The notes below the pieces were generated by a model. That model did no database searches. It worked only from the letters and a program-made list of their open reading frames with translations, and was not told where the DNA came from. 64,000 nt of DNA from Trichinella spiralis. Its lineage: Eukaryota. The position numbers and the translations under genes are program-made. The stretch lies in contig NW_003526941.1 in assembly GCF_000181795.1 (NCBI RefSeq), forward strand, positions 2,364,486 to 2,428,485, in the 5' to 3' direction. Of the stretch, positions 51,607 through 64,000 are shown one piece after another; within the stretch, counting starts at the first letter, position 1; each line of letters begins with the position of its first letter.

Positions 51607-54600
51607 GTAATACTTGGATTAGATTTATATTTTGAAGCTTATTCTCAATTGTCATCATTATCGATGACACAAAAAAGAATACTGGTAATAATTAAACAAA
51701 GAGGGGGGATTTTTCAGATCTCATTTTCACATTTCAAATCGACAAAACCTAAGCCCGTTGATAGATCATCTTCGATTTATTATTATTCGTCCGTAAGAAA
51801 AACGATTTGATCAATTAGCAATAATGCAAAGCTGCATAAAGCCGAAGTTGCAGTATGTAGCATTCATTTTCGAACCGCGTTTAGTGCTCTATTTAGAGGC
51901 AGCTTTTTCATTTCAAGCAGGTGCCGCGGTTGTTCCGTCGCAATAGATACAAACAGCCCACCTGCTGGAAACAGACGTGCGGTCTCACAAGAAAGAAGAA
52001 AGGCGCACGTGCTTTGCGAGGTTGGAGTGGGCTAGCCTGTTGTCAAATTGCTTTTGTATATATATATATATATATGTATTTTTATTTATTTACTAAAATC
52101 GAGATATTAAATTGATGATTGACAGCATATTTTTCTGCTTGATTGAATTATTGTTTGCTATATTATGGATTGTTAATCGTATGCTAGATGGTGGGATAGA
52201 ATGGTAGAGGAAGAAGACAACAAAAAAGAAAGAATCCGCGGGAAAATTAACGCCTGAAAACGTGCGCGTATTGAACATGCGAAAGAGGTGCGAATAATAA
52301 AAGAAAAAATCAATCTCACCGATTATATGCAACGTTTTTATCAATTAACGGCTTTTGCTTTGACGATGAGAATAGCAGATAATAATACGAATAACAAGAA
52401 TAATGATAATAATAATCACAGCAACAACAACAACAACAACAATAATAATAATAATGGGGGGGGGGGGGGAGGGACAACAATGCAGCTTGCGATTGTCGAC
52501 CTTGGCTATGAATGTTAGTGGTGTTGTAGTGGATGATTTTGAAGTGTTATATTTTGAGAACGGGAAAAAAGATTAGCAAAACAATATCAAACAGCTAGCA
52601 CATTTGCTTTGCCGAGCTGATCAGTAGGTAGTGAGCAGTTGATGATCACTAAGCTCGTAGTGTGATGGTTAACACCAGTTTATCCGGCAGAGTCTGTGCA
52701 ACTGTTGATGCGTCGTTTTTTTCAGATTAGTGTAATCTGTTTGTTTGCATTGGGGATGTTTTACGAACAGCAACAGTTGCACTTAATACGTTGGACCAAA
52801 AGTTGACCAACAACGGTTTTCAGTTCGCTATGCTTGCCACGCGATTTTTTTTGTTGGCTAGTCTGCTACAGCTGTTAAGCTGTTGAAAATACGACTTAAA
52901 AACACGGCATCTATCAATTTGAATATGTTATAGCTGACGATCGAAGTCCGTGTTCAGAATACGAAAGGGCAAGCAGCAGCAGCAGCAACAGCAACAACAA
53001 CAAAAAAATCAGGACGACAGACATGCGAGATTCTATTGAACACAATGTAATGGAATTCGACCCCATTCCGGCCAGACTTTGTCACTTGGCAACTTGTTGC
53101 ATTTATTGAATCAAATCGATCTCGGCTGGATGTCGGTTAGGTAGCATCCAGTTGGGTAATCTACACGGACCTCAAAAAAGTTAACCCATGTGAAAATTGT
53201 CAGAAAGGACAAATTTTTCACCCCAACGGTGTATTTATTAAGCTTGGTGGACACGACGCTTCGAGAGAATATGCATTCACGGTCTGCTGCTTTTCGCCAT
53301 AGATGGGTCACAGTTGGGAAAAAAATTTTTTCACTTTGCACAAAAGTGAGCCAACAAAGAGCCTAGTTTAGTAACATTTGCACACCGCTTCACGGGGGTG
53401 TGCAAATTGGATTCTTATGAAAAGAAAAATTCATTAAGAAAAAACCAACTGACAACCACAAAAATTTTAATTATGAGTAGTTTGTTTTTCAAAAATTTGA
53501 TAAAAAAACTTAAAACGGAATAATAATTATCGTCTTGGTTTGGAACAATTTCAGCTTAGCTTTGCAGCGAATGATGATGGAAAGCCTATTTTTACAGGGT
53601 TATTGTTGCAAATTGTTAAAATTGCTCTTTCCTCGTTCCCACTTCCCTCGCAGTGTTGCAGCAATAAATTCATTTTGCTTAACGTTTGTTTGTTAGATAA
53701 CAGAGAAACGTTTAGCGTAAAAATAAACCAAATAACTAGCATATAGAGTGTTTCGAAATGTTCATATCATGCAAAACAAATAAAAAAAGGACCATTATTA
53801 TTAATTAATTATTGCGAATTTGTTAATTGTAGAGCGTGATTTGTTAATTTTTCTTAATCCTACCTCGCAGCTTCTTCGTGGTCGAATTGTTCGACTGTTG
53901 TGATTTTTTTCGCTTCTTCTCGAAGTTCTGTGTTTCGCTTGGTTCAGCTTTGCGATGAAAAGCAGTGTGAGTTGAGCTAACTTTGTAGTTGTTTTTGCGA
54001 TCTTACATTCTTGCTCGAACTTCTTGCTACATTCTGATTTTTGTTTTCCACTTGGATAATTGGATCGTTCGATTTGTGCTTTGTTCAATTGTTGTTCCAT
54101 TCCATTTGCAACGCTGAAGAATCACAATAAGCATAGCTGTGAATTGAAACAAGAAAAAAAAAATCACAAACGGCTATGTGTTGACTTTAGCATCGGTTGT
54201 TTAATAATAAATTCAACCGTTTGTTTCACTTTGTGCGGTAAATATATTTTTAACGAAAAATTTTTTCCCCCCATAATTTAATGATCAATTTTTATTCCAT
54301 GAAATAATTGTATTGCGTTGCATGATTTCAATGTTCAATCCAATTCCGCTTGCCAACGTATAACTTCAATATTAGTGCAATGAATAATAATGCTAATAAA
54401 TATTTGAATAAATAATCGTTTGAAAAGTCAAATGTTGAAGTTGTTCAGTAGTCGTTTTTAATCGGAAAATTCCAAGTTTTGGAATGTAAATTGTGCTTGA
54501 AAGTTGATGTTATCGTTGATGATAATTATGCTCAGATCGTATAAATGATGCTGCCACTGAATGATATTCTTTTTCTGAAGTGACAAAACATTTTCAATTG

Positions 54601-54839
54601 TTCAGCTTTGAATGTTGATACGGAAATGTTTTTCTTGTTTTATTGAACAAAATAAGCAAACAATCTTTTTGCATAATAGCCGAATAAATAATCTTTCAAA
54701 CTCATTTGAACAACTTTAGCATCGATTTGACATAAAATAAATAAGTGAATTCATTCCTTTTTTTGAAAATCATGCAAATTCTGATTTTGCAAACGTTTAT
54801 TGATATATAATAAATAGTGTAAAATCGATTCTTGACGAT

Positions 54840-56102
54840 TTATTCGAATGCTTTATGGTCAACAAATGGATAGGCAGAAAATTCGCACATTTTCTCACCA
54901 ACAGAACCGTATCCCCAGCTTATGAAACAAGTTTCGCACAGATGCATAACGGGATACGGTGTGTTGGCTGTACTCTGCACAAGCCATTTCACTGAGTTCC
55001 TTCCGCAAATTGCGCAATACAACGAACACGGGTGAGGTTTCAAAATATCTATTGGATAACATCTGCGTTCTTGCGGATCGCTGGGATGCGCCAAACGAAC
55101 GTCAACAAAAACCATCAAATGCTCGCAAGTACCTTGGTGTAAATACAAGTACGGATTACCAAGACGAAGCTTCAGGTCGAGAAAAGTCGTATCTTCCATC
55201 GGTGCTCTGCTGAAAGGACCTATATCGTTGAAACGATTTGACGCCCAACCGATGATCTCTTCGCTTAGGTCGGTCGCGTCTTCGTGGCGCGTGTCCACGT
55301 AAAAGACGCCATTGATGTAAAAGAATCCTCCTTTGTATATGTCTTTGGCGAAAAAGCCCAACTCCTGCGACGGACAATCACTGTAATCTTTGATGGGGGC
55401 GAAATCGTTGCGGCAGGTGATTTGATCGCGCAGCACGCAAAGACTTTGACTGCCAAGAATGAGAAACGAAGAATCGAAACGTCTCAGACAATTGTACTTG
55501 TGTGAATAAGTTATGGGCGTTTGGGCTGTTGGCGAGAGCATCGCAACAGTCAAGATCAACTCTTCAGTGCGGCCATTGTTGACCAAAGGCTGATTTGCAG
55601 GCTGCACAGCTTTCATTTCCGATAAAAGTGCGTCGTTTATTCTAGAAAATCGGCTCACCCGACGGACGGCTTGCTTATCCAACAAAAACTGTGGATTCGA
55701 GTTGAGATTCATCGTCATCTGTACGGTTTCCAAGTTGAAAACTTCCTGCATTCTTCCGGCACAATTTTCACCGTCCGTCAACGCCACTTCCGCATTCGAT
55801 AAGCTGGAGCTCATGTGCTTAGGGTCGCACAGCTCTTTCAAATTTTGAATCTCTTCCTCGTTCATTCCAAATATTTCTTGCAGTTCAACGTCTTCATCGC
55901 AATCGTGCTGCACACCGTACTGCTCAACCGCTCCGACCGCTTTTTCAGCGAAATCTTTAATACTTACCTCGTCTGTTATGTTCCACCTGCGATCAGGCCG
56001 TTGTTTACTGTCCATCGATGTGAAAAAAGCGAAAACTATTAAACAAAATATTAACACCAGAATGAACAGAAACATTCCAAACGACATCATTTCAGACAAC
56101 AT
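54840..56102 (-). CDS. snpc-3: snRNA-activating protein complex subunit 3 (SNAPC3/SNAP50), intronless; start may be Met30 at 56015
   Basis: Motifs LGSQSLCVLRDQITC, GFFYINGVFYVDTR, DLSEEIIGWA, MEDTTFLDLKLRLGNPYLYLHQGTCEH, and the C-terminal zinc finger CAIC...CETCF. Confidence 0.92.
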   Translation of the reverse strand: MLSEMMSFGMFLFILVLIFCLIVFAFFTSMDSKQRPDRRWNITDEVSIKDFAEKAVGAVEQYGVQHDCDEDVELQEIFGMNEEEIQNLKELCDPKHMSSSLSNAEVALTDGENCAGRMQEVFNLETVQMTMNLNSNPQFLLDKQAVRRVSRFSRINDALLSEMKAVQPANQPLVNNGRTEELILTVAMLSPTAQTPITYSHKYNCLRRFDSSFLILGSQSLCVLRDQITCRNDFAPIKDYSDCPSQELGFFAKDIYKGGFFYINGVFYVDTRHEDATDLSEEIIGWASNRFNDIGPFSRAPMEDTTFLDLKLRLGNPYLYLHQGTCEHLMVFVDVRLAHPSDPQERRCYPIDILKPHPCSLYCAICGRNSVKWLVQSTANTPYPVMHLCETCFISWGYGSVGEKMCEFSAYPFVDHKAFE

Positions 56103-56782
56103 ATATATATTATAGTGTAAATCATCAAACAGATTGGACGTATAACTTCCTACACTTCTGACTTTACATTATTGCCAACTTTTCAAAATAAACATTTTTT
56201 CAGTTTGAAGACTAACAGACTAAATAATTAGGCGAAATCGAAATCAGATCTGTGACATGTCGACCGGCAGCAGATTTCACTCAGAGCAGTCAATCATCAT
56301 TCATTACAAGGTGTATTACAGTGGTATAGTTGCGATGCCTGTTTTATTCTTATTTGTATTATTATCCTTATTAATTACTTATTAAGAAATCTATTATAAA
56401 TCGGTTTCGAATTTTTTGACGTTTCAGAAAAACAATTTGAACTAAAAACTTACGGATTGAAGAAAGATTTCACACAGAGAGTTCATAACATAACATTTAT
56501 AATATATTAAATTATTTAAACTTACTTTTATGACAATTTTGATATTATTTTAAAAGTCCACCAAAAAGAACCAGTCAGAAGCTAAAATTCGAAAAAGCTA
56601 GAAAATTTTAGATGTAGTATACTGTAATTATGATTTTGATTTTCAAGATGATGCTCCAATTGATGGTATTTTTTCACAAACAACCAACTATGCTTATTTT
56701 CACTTGAAAACTGACCTTTACATTTTTTTATTTCTAGAAATTATTTTTTTATTCGGAAAAGATTGCTTGTTCTATTTTCTAG

Positions 56783-57205
56783 TGTAACGAGCCGCTCTCT
56801 CGGGAGGACTCGTTCGCCACCCCAACCGGACTATTATTACAGTCGTCGCCAGGCGAGTCGACCGACAAATTCCTCCCCGCGGTTATATCCTCAGTTTGGC
56901 TTCCGTCGCCTCTGATGCCCTTTCTCCCGGGTTCGTGCTTTCTCGGTAACATTTTCGCATTCACAAGACATGTAAAGAGAACAGTGTTTATTAACAACTT
57001 CAAACAAGGGCCGTTACCGATCCGCCACAGCAAAATTCTAGAATCAACAACAACAACACGATCGTTCACACTCTACCACCCAACCAACCTACCACCGTAA
57101 TCCTTTGTCGATCTTCAAGTATATGTACACTTACGGTAGCTTCATCGTTCTTCCATTTCGTCGAATGGACAAATGCAGTTGGTGGATCAGTCCACGTCGG
57201 CTGCA
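56783..57205 (-). mobile_element. Putative solo LTR (423 bp)
   Basis: TG...CA termini flanked on both sides by CTAG (56779-56782 and 57206-57209). More GC-rich than the flanks. AATAAA is on the minus strand. Confidence 0.6.
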
Positions 57206-59284
57206 CTAGGCTGCAATGTATTTGTTTTAAGTTTTGTTGATTGGTCCTTTCTGTGCAAAGTGGTCTGGGTGTTTGTATGCCTCTGTCAGTGCAAACTTGG
57301 CGCTATATCACAAGAACAGCATTTTTGTGAAATGGTAAAAGTACAAATTTCATTATCATACAGTCGTAGAAACATCTTTGGTAAAAAGTCATGTTCATAA
57401 TTTCGACGTATTTTTTTCAAGTTCAAACAAGCGTAAGCATTGTGCGTCAACACTGAGTACACCTGGTAACGTGGTATTGCTGAAAATACATTTGCTCATT
57501 TCAAACGCATACTTTGTAGTGTTAATTAGAAAGGGATTATTAATTAGCTTCCGGGTTGAAATTGTTGTTTTAATTGATTTTAGTTGAATTATTTTGTATT
57601 TTATTGTCTGTACAACAGTAGGCTAAGGCAGTGCTAAGCGAAGAATAAAACATCCAAAATTACATATTTTTAAAATCTTTCAAATTTATAATGTCAACTT
57701 AAGGACTAGATATATTGATGTTCTTCGATACAGTTTGCGCGCTACTTATTTATTTTTGTTGCAGTGCAACTGTGATTGTTTCCAGTTGTATATTGTTTTA
57801 TTGTTGTAATACAACTTCATTTTATGCAGAAAACAATGGCCATCGAAATGAACCATAAGATCGAAATATTAATTACTTACATCCCTAAATATTCTATTCT
57901 AGATTTGTTGTTTTAACTAAAGCCTGAATGCGATATACTTTCATCCTATTTATAGATTTGCAATTTTACGTTACTATTGTTGATTAGCGCGGCTGCGTAG
58001 AATTGAAGCGTTCTTTTTACTGTATCGAGTTAAACAGAAATTAACAAAATTAATTTTTTAAACTGTTGAAAAATGTTTGAAAAATTTTGCTACTCATTTG
58101 ATGTCCAATCTTTTCACTTCAGTACGTATAAAGAAGTTCAAGTATTGTGGAAGAACGATTGATGTGCGCTAGAGAGAGTTAATCACAGACTCACATCGTT
58201 CACACACAGTCTGTTAACGTTTTCGCTTTTCATGTAAAGAAAAGAAACATAATTTTACGTTTTGTTTCTGATAAGTATATATATGAAAGAATTACATCCA
58301 CGTCTTTCTTATTTATCTTGACAGATTATTTAAATTATAATTGGCCTTCCGTTGTCATGTCACTGATAGTGTTCTGTAATTTTTCTTGGTATGTATGAAG
58401 TATGTGTGCCGTTCTAAATACCTGAAATAGTTTCATTTATTGCGAACAATCTTGAGATATAATTGAGAACGGCATGTCTTTAGATATGTTCTCTTAATTT
58501 TCACTTTTTCAGTGAGACTTATTATTTACTCCTGCATTACATTTGGCTCTGCTTCGAATCAGTCGACTTCAGTTGATACTAATTACAAATATGCTGCGGT
58601 CATATATTAATTCATATATAAACATTCAAACGAGCTTGAGGAAATTTATATTAATATAGTGAAATGAATTTGCATATTAATAATATTTATTATATTTTCC
58701 TAAAATGTCAATGGAACGTGCATTGCAATAAGAAGCGTACGGTTAACGAGATTGATAGGCCATTGCAAATTAAAGAGTAGCTTATTCGATTAAGGGCTTT
58801 TTGTGTTAATTTTATTTTCGTTTCTTGAAAATGACTCGTGATAATTTTTGACTGCGGCAGAAAGGTGGACTTAAAAGTTTGGGAGACATTTATTGTGGTA
58901 AGTTGCATTTTGTGAGCGTTTGTAAGTAATGGTTTAATGACATAGATGAGAATATATATGGAGTCTATCATTTACTGACAAAATTATTATCACAGTGTTA
59001 GCAGCAGCAGCAGCGGCAGACAACGTTCTCTTTGTTTATTATTGTACTAATTAACCAGTGAAGCCCGTTTTAAATGACTAAAATGTATTACTTTTGTTCC
59101 TGTTTCTATTATTTTTTATTCAAAGCTTCTACACTTCTTTTTGAGAAGTGTGCATTTAATTGAAAAGAAAAGTTTCTTATAATTTTTGGAAATTCTCTTT
59201 TAACGCATTATTTGTAATTCTTATCTGTGTTAAGATGAACATTGGCTACTATTGCGTTTGATTTAATGTTGGGCATTTTTACAG

Positions 59285-59789
59285 ATATGATGAATACTGA
59301 AATCGCGGAAAACATGAAGCAAAGCTTAAAACAAGAGGGATGTTTGGTGCCCATGGGTTCACATTTTGTAAGTCTGGACTACGAATACTTGGAATAGTGG
59401 CTGTTATCTTTCAGTTTAATTAAATGATCTGTATAAATGAAGGTTGAATCACTGCAGTGTTTGCAAACCTGTAGCTCGTGAATTTCACGCAGCAAAATCT
59501 TTGTATGCAATACTCTTCATGTATCGCAATTTGTTTATTTTTGATAATTTCATTTGTTTTCATTTAACACTTAGTTAAACTTTAAAACATGCATCTTTAT
59601 ATTGTTTTCAAAATAGATTTCTTTTATTATTTTCAAAAATGATTTTTTCATTCAGTCAAATTTTATTTTATTTCATGCTTTGCTAATATTTTTTTGTTTG
59701 CTTTTTTTATTTATACGTAAACACGTCTTTTACAGCAGTTAACAAGAACAGTAGTATCCAACTGCAACAGAGCAACAGCTCTGATCTAA
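59285..59789 (+). other. Candidate two-exon small ORF or exons of an unannotated gene
   Basis: TTTTTACAG|59285-59367|GTAAGT and TTTTACAG|59736-59789 join in frame to give MMNTEIAENMKQSLKQEGCLVPMGSHF-QLTRTVVSNCNRATALI*. Confidence 0.25.
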
Positions 59790-60193
59790 GAACACCCTGT
59801 TGCATTACTTTTAATTTTCTAAATTTGTATGGGTTTTAATCACTTTATTTAATTCTGTTTTATTCTCATTAACGACTATAACATATCTGCTCCTTCATTA
59901 TTGTTTCTTCTTCACATTTACTTTTTTGCATGTGTAATCAACATCTATTTGATAAACTGAATAGTATATATCGGGTTGATTGTTTTTTATTGGAAAATAT
60001 ATAATTGATGCAACGAAATTTATTGCTACAATAGGTATTATTATTGTTATCACACTTTTAAATAATATATGGTCACTTTCTAATTACTCTCGTATCTTAA
60101 TAATGGATTAAAATGTGGTGAGCAGCTAATTAAACAGCTGGAATTAAAAGTATGCAAAATATTTTATAAAAGGTTGAAATTTGCTGTTCGCTA

Positions 60194-60565
60194 TGTAATG
60201 ACCGGAGTTCGTGCTGAAGGCGCACAAACGTGATGCCTCCGAGTGCCTGTTATTTTTTTCATCGTTCTTCGAAGACGTCGTGACAGTGTGGCGCCGCGAT
60301 GGCTTATACTAACATGAACGATCTCTGGATTCGATCATTTACGTTCGATTGGAGCCACGTTTGAAACATTTCGGCGTGTTCTGCGAAGGGTATACAAAAC
60401 GATGTACGTGTTTTGACCATTATTGTTACAGTAAGTAGAAGTTGATGTATTGGCCAGTGTGAGCATTTTGTGTGCTATAATCAATAGTCGTGTTGTTTGT
60501 GTATTTCTATGTATTTTGTATTGTTGAACAGTAATAAAGGTTGGAAAGGAATCGAATCGCTATCA
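60194..60565 (+). mobile_element. Putative solo LTR (372 bp)
   Basis: TGTAAT...TATCA flanked by GCTA on both sides (60190-60193 and 60566-60569). AATAAA lies ~30 nt from the 3' end. More GC-rich than the flanks. Confidence 0.65.
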
Positions 60566-61481
60566 GCTATTGTTGGTCGGTCCAATAAATGTGCAGCGAG
60601 ATCTCATTTTATCTGAGACTGAATTTTCATATAAAAATAACAAAATAATCCTATGTATAATATTGGCGTGCAGCATTTTCTTGTAGTTTGCTGCTATTCA
60701 AACATCTTCATGATTTACTGCTTATTCAAAGTGCAACAACAAAATTGTTCCGGGTTAGCAACACAGATAACAAGTGAAATCATTCTCACTTAATGTGAAA
60801 CATATACAAGCCATCAATTTTTGCATGAAATTTCCTATGTTTATCTATAGCAATTCGTTAAAAACAAACGTTACTAGTTTTCAAATTGAATGCATATTCT
60901 CTTTTCAAAAACTAATGATGTTCAGGTGAGCATCACGTGTTTAACAAAACGCGGTGATTCAAATCACATCAACATTACTCACAAATTCAACACTTACTAA
61001 AGAAAAAATTAGTGAAACCATAACAAAACAACAAAAATACCAAGTTAGGTGCAAAAACAATATGTACCAAAGACATCAAATGTATGAAAAATTGCAGCTG
61101 ATGCTATCATCAACATTGAAATCCCAAAACGAATTAAGATAATCTGACATAAATCGATAAATACGATTGGACGGAACGTACCCCAAGGTTAGTCGCCATT
61201 CTGCAAATTTCCCTGATCAAATAAAGTCCGCTTTGCAGCAATTTAAGATTTTCCATTTCTCTAAAATATCAAAAGCTGTAGTCTTCGCTGTTATTGTGAT
61301 TTTCGAAAGTAGGCTTTTGACACAAATTTCGCTTTTTTGTAAAATATGGCTAAATTCTGATAAATGAGAAGGTTGTGGAAAGTTTTACGGCAAATGAACA
61401 ACGATTAGACTGCATACACAGCAATCTGCGCAGATATACATCTCTTTACATGAATACTCTCTGAATTATAGCAACAACTTC

Positions 61482-61491
61482 NNNNNNNNNN
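61482..61491. other. Assembly gap (10 N)
   Basis: Run of N characters. Confidence 1.
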
Positions 61492-63394
61492 GTGAAATTT
61501 CTCCTGACCGGGGATTGGCTCTCCCACATAACTAGGCTTAAATGGTACTGGAATTTGGCGCGAAAAAATAGCATATGCCAAGCAGCTGTGACTCACTCTG
61601 ACCGGACGGACGATGAACACATGGCGGGATGTTGTTTTATGTTTGGAACTATAGACACATGTTTTGCGCGATGAAAATTTCAACTATACAACAGGGTCAA
61701 CGGAGAATGCTTTTTTCTTTTTCGTTTCATTGCTGCTTTCATTTCAAAAAAGTCATCGCTACTTATTTCTTTTACTTTGTTGCAACACAATTTTTTATAA
61801 ATACTTTTTTTTTCAGAATTATCATCTCTTTTGAATGTAAATTCTTCTTCTTTTTCTTCAACTTCAATTAAATTTTTCTATTAAGCATTGCCGTTGATGA
61901 ATAATAGTATTGTTTTTTAAGTGCTGTTTATTTAAATTGAAATGCGCAACGTGAATTGTAAGCCGCTTGTTTGTTATTCGTATTCGCGCTTTACAGATGA
62001 AAAACGCCGCCTTCGAATGACATAACAAGATATTGTCGTTGAATGCAAATAATACAAACAAAGCCAAAGCACACGCACAAACAGCACAAATAAGCGTGGT
62101 GCACAATTTTCTCAAAATAACAACCATCTGTTCAACAGCCACTTCGACATTTTCTGTGTATTCTTTACAAGACAAGCAAGCAACTCGACTTTAGGAACAA
62201 ATATCATCACGCTTTGATGACGATGCATGAATAATAAATAAGTGCAAATAAGTGTTGAATTTGTTGTCTTCGGCATCGTTGTGGTCATAAAAGTCAAAGG
62301 AAGTTTGCTAGTTTACTAGCCCAGGTCATTGTAGTACGTTAGCTGGGTTCTGATATGACTGAGGGAACAAGGACACGGATGTTTGGAAAAGAAGGACAAA
62401 AAGGGGCGAAATACTTATTCGGCTCTACTTTTCTTCCACTGTAAATATCGAATAACATTTCTAGACAAATGCTATATTTGGAGTTTGATCTTTGCCGAAA
62501 TCAACAAATGCAATACACCATTGCGCAGTTGACTGATGATATAAGCGAACCTCAGCCACGCCCTGTTTTCCCAATATCCGTATCCGTTTACTGGTTGCCA
62601 TTCTTTCCCAAGTGATTTCTTCAACTCTTCCAGATATCTTGCTCCACATCCGTGCATCTCATCGTGCAAGAAGCAACAACACTGCTCTCCACGAAAAACC
62701 GCAACCACGAAACGTAACCCCGAAAAACCTTACAACAGCTCCCCTTTCACAACAAAAATCTTCGCTTTTTTAAATTACGTTACATTACATTATGCATTCA
62801 ACAAGGAAAACAACAATTGTTGTTCATTTCTTTTTTCCAGTGTGTTAGCTCTTACTTGCGACCGCTTGTTGCCGCGACTAGCGTTGTGCGTTTTGAACAT
62901 TAATTTGATTTGATTACATCCGCATCTGGCTTAAATTACTCATCCATCGTTCATATATTCATTGGTCGCTCAACTGATATTATCAAAAAATCACTATGAC
63001 AATATGCTTTCTTGAAAGAGTGAGTCGGCTTTTGTCGGTCCGCTTCACGCACACATTGATCTGTGCACACTGTTATAGCGGCGGTAAAATTTGGGGTCGT
63101 TTCATTTTGAAAATTTGACTGATTGAAAGCAACTTAAAAATGCAATTTTAACTTCAACTGCAAGGTGTAATGTTCTGTTGAACTTATTTTTCTACTTTTA
63201 TTTTTAATTTCTTTTTTTCTTCTTCACAAAGCAACGCTCGAGAGTAGTAATAGGTTTTTATGATAAATTTTACTGCCAGTTCAATGACCGTAACTATTTT
63301 GCGGCAATTGTTGAAGGACATTTCAAGAAAAAACATTCTGAACCATATTATTTCAAAGAAAGATTGGAAATGTAATAAAATACTGCTTTTTTTC

Positions 63395-63425
<31 letters not shown>

Positions 63426-64000
63426 GGGCATTTTAATGGATAGCATTGAAAGCATGGATGTATTATTGTAGTTTTGTAATTTTTTAGTGGGTTTTCACAT
63501 TTGAACAGCTTAATACAACCAACGAAAGCAGTGTTGGTGAACAGTGCGCTTTCCAGTACTATTTTCTGATCAGAATATAATAAAATGGCTAATTGTTCAA
63601 TTGGGCGAAAGTGAAAGGAGGAAATGGAGTAGGAGGCAAAGCATGCAAGACTGGGCTAATTCAAGCGATTTAGCATACAAATAATTTGCACGAATTGCTT
63701 GTTCAAAGAGATTGTTCAACGACGAGTAGCACGCCCAGGGAAAAATCTCATAATTGAAGTAGAAAATTAATGGCATTTATTATCACATTCATTAGTTATT
63801 TATAGCATTTATAGATGTAATTCAACTCTTATTTCAATCGAAAATTTTACATACTCCACATTGAATGCAAACAACTTTCACGTTTGCAATTTAATAAATT
63901 TTTTCTATCTTGTACTATGTATGATAAAAGATTTGTCAGAAACGGTTTGTGTGCAATTTTTGTTAATGCTTTATTTGCAGTTGGCTTTTTCAGTCATTTT
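61492..64000 (+). repeat. Second copy of the ~2.5-kb duplication, running off the window end
   Basis: Near-identical to 49109-51606, with scattered SNPs and a longer (TA)n run. Begins immediately after the gap. Confidence 0.97.

Noticed and set aside
54480..54490. 11-nt identity to the miR-1 5' end, i.e. a potential target site on the snpc-3 strand
   Set aside because: No hairpin, and it lies beyond minus-strand AATAAA signals at ~54797 and ~54639, so it is probably outside the 3' UTR.

Overview
AT-rich, intron-dense eukaryotic DNA, most consistent with a clade I nematode such as Trichinella. This is an inference from the ~50-70 nt introns, TTTCAG/TTTTAG acceptors and gene content. From left to right: (1) a ~173-bp satellite abutting a G-free 17-22-bp minisatellite; (2) a splice-site-rich tract that looks like a decayed gene; (3) an intronless, GC-rich GLUT/SLC2-type transporter with altered sugar-binding residues; (4) IRE1; (5) a tight co-oriented minus-strand cluster of an RDH-like SDR, lysyl hydroxylase (PLOD/let-268), a CINP-like ORF and a C2H2 zinc-finger gene, which is a candidate operon; (6) a Mesh/SUSD2-like gene with a GC-AG intron and a possible alternative last exon; (7) a seven-PDZ GRIP gene; (8) intronless SNAPC3; (9) two TG..CA solo-LTR-like inserts with 4-bp target-site duplications; (10) a ~2.5-kb near-identical duplicate that starts exactly at an N gap and is probably an assembly artefact. 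No prokaryotic systems, CRISPR arrays, rRNA or tRNA genes were recognised. Exon boundaries were read by eye and are approximate.
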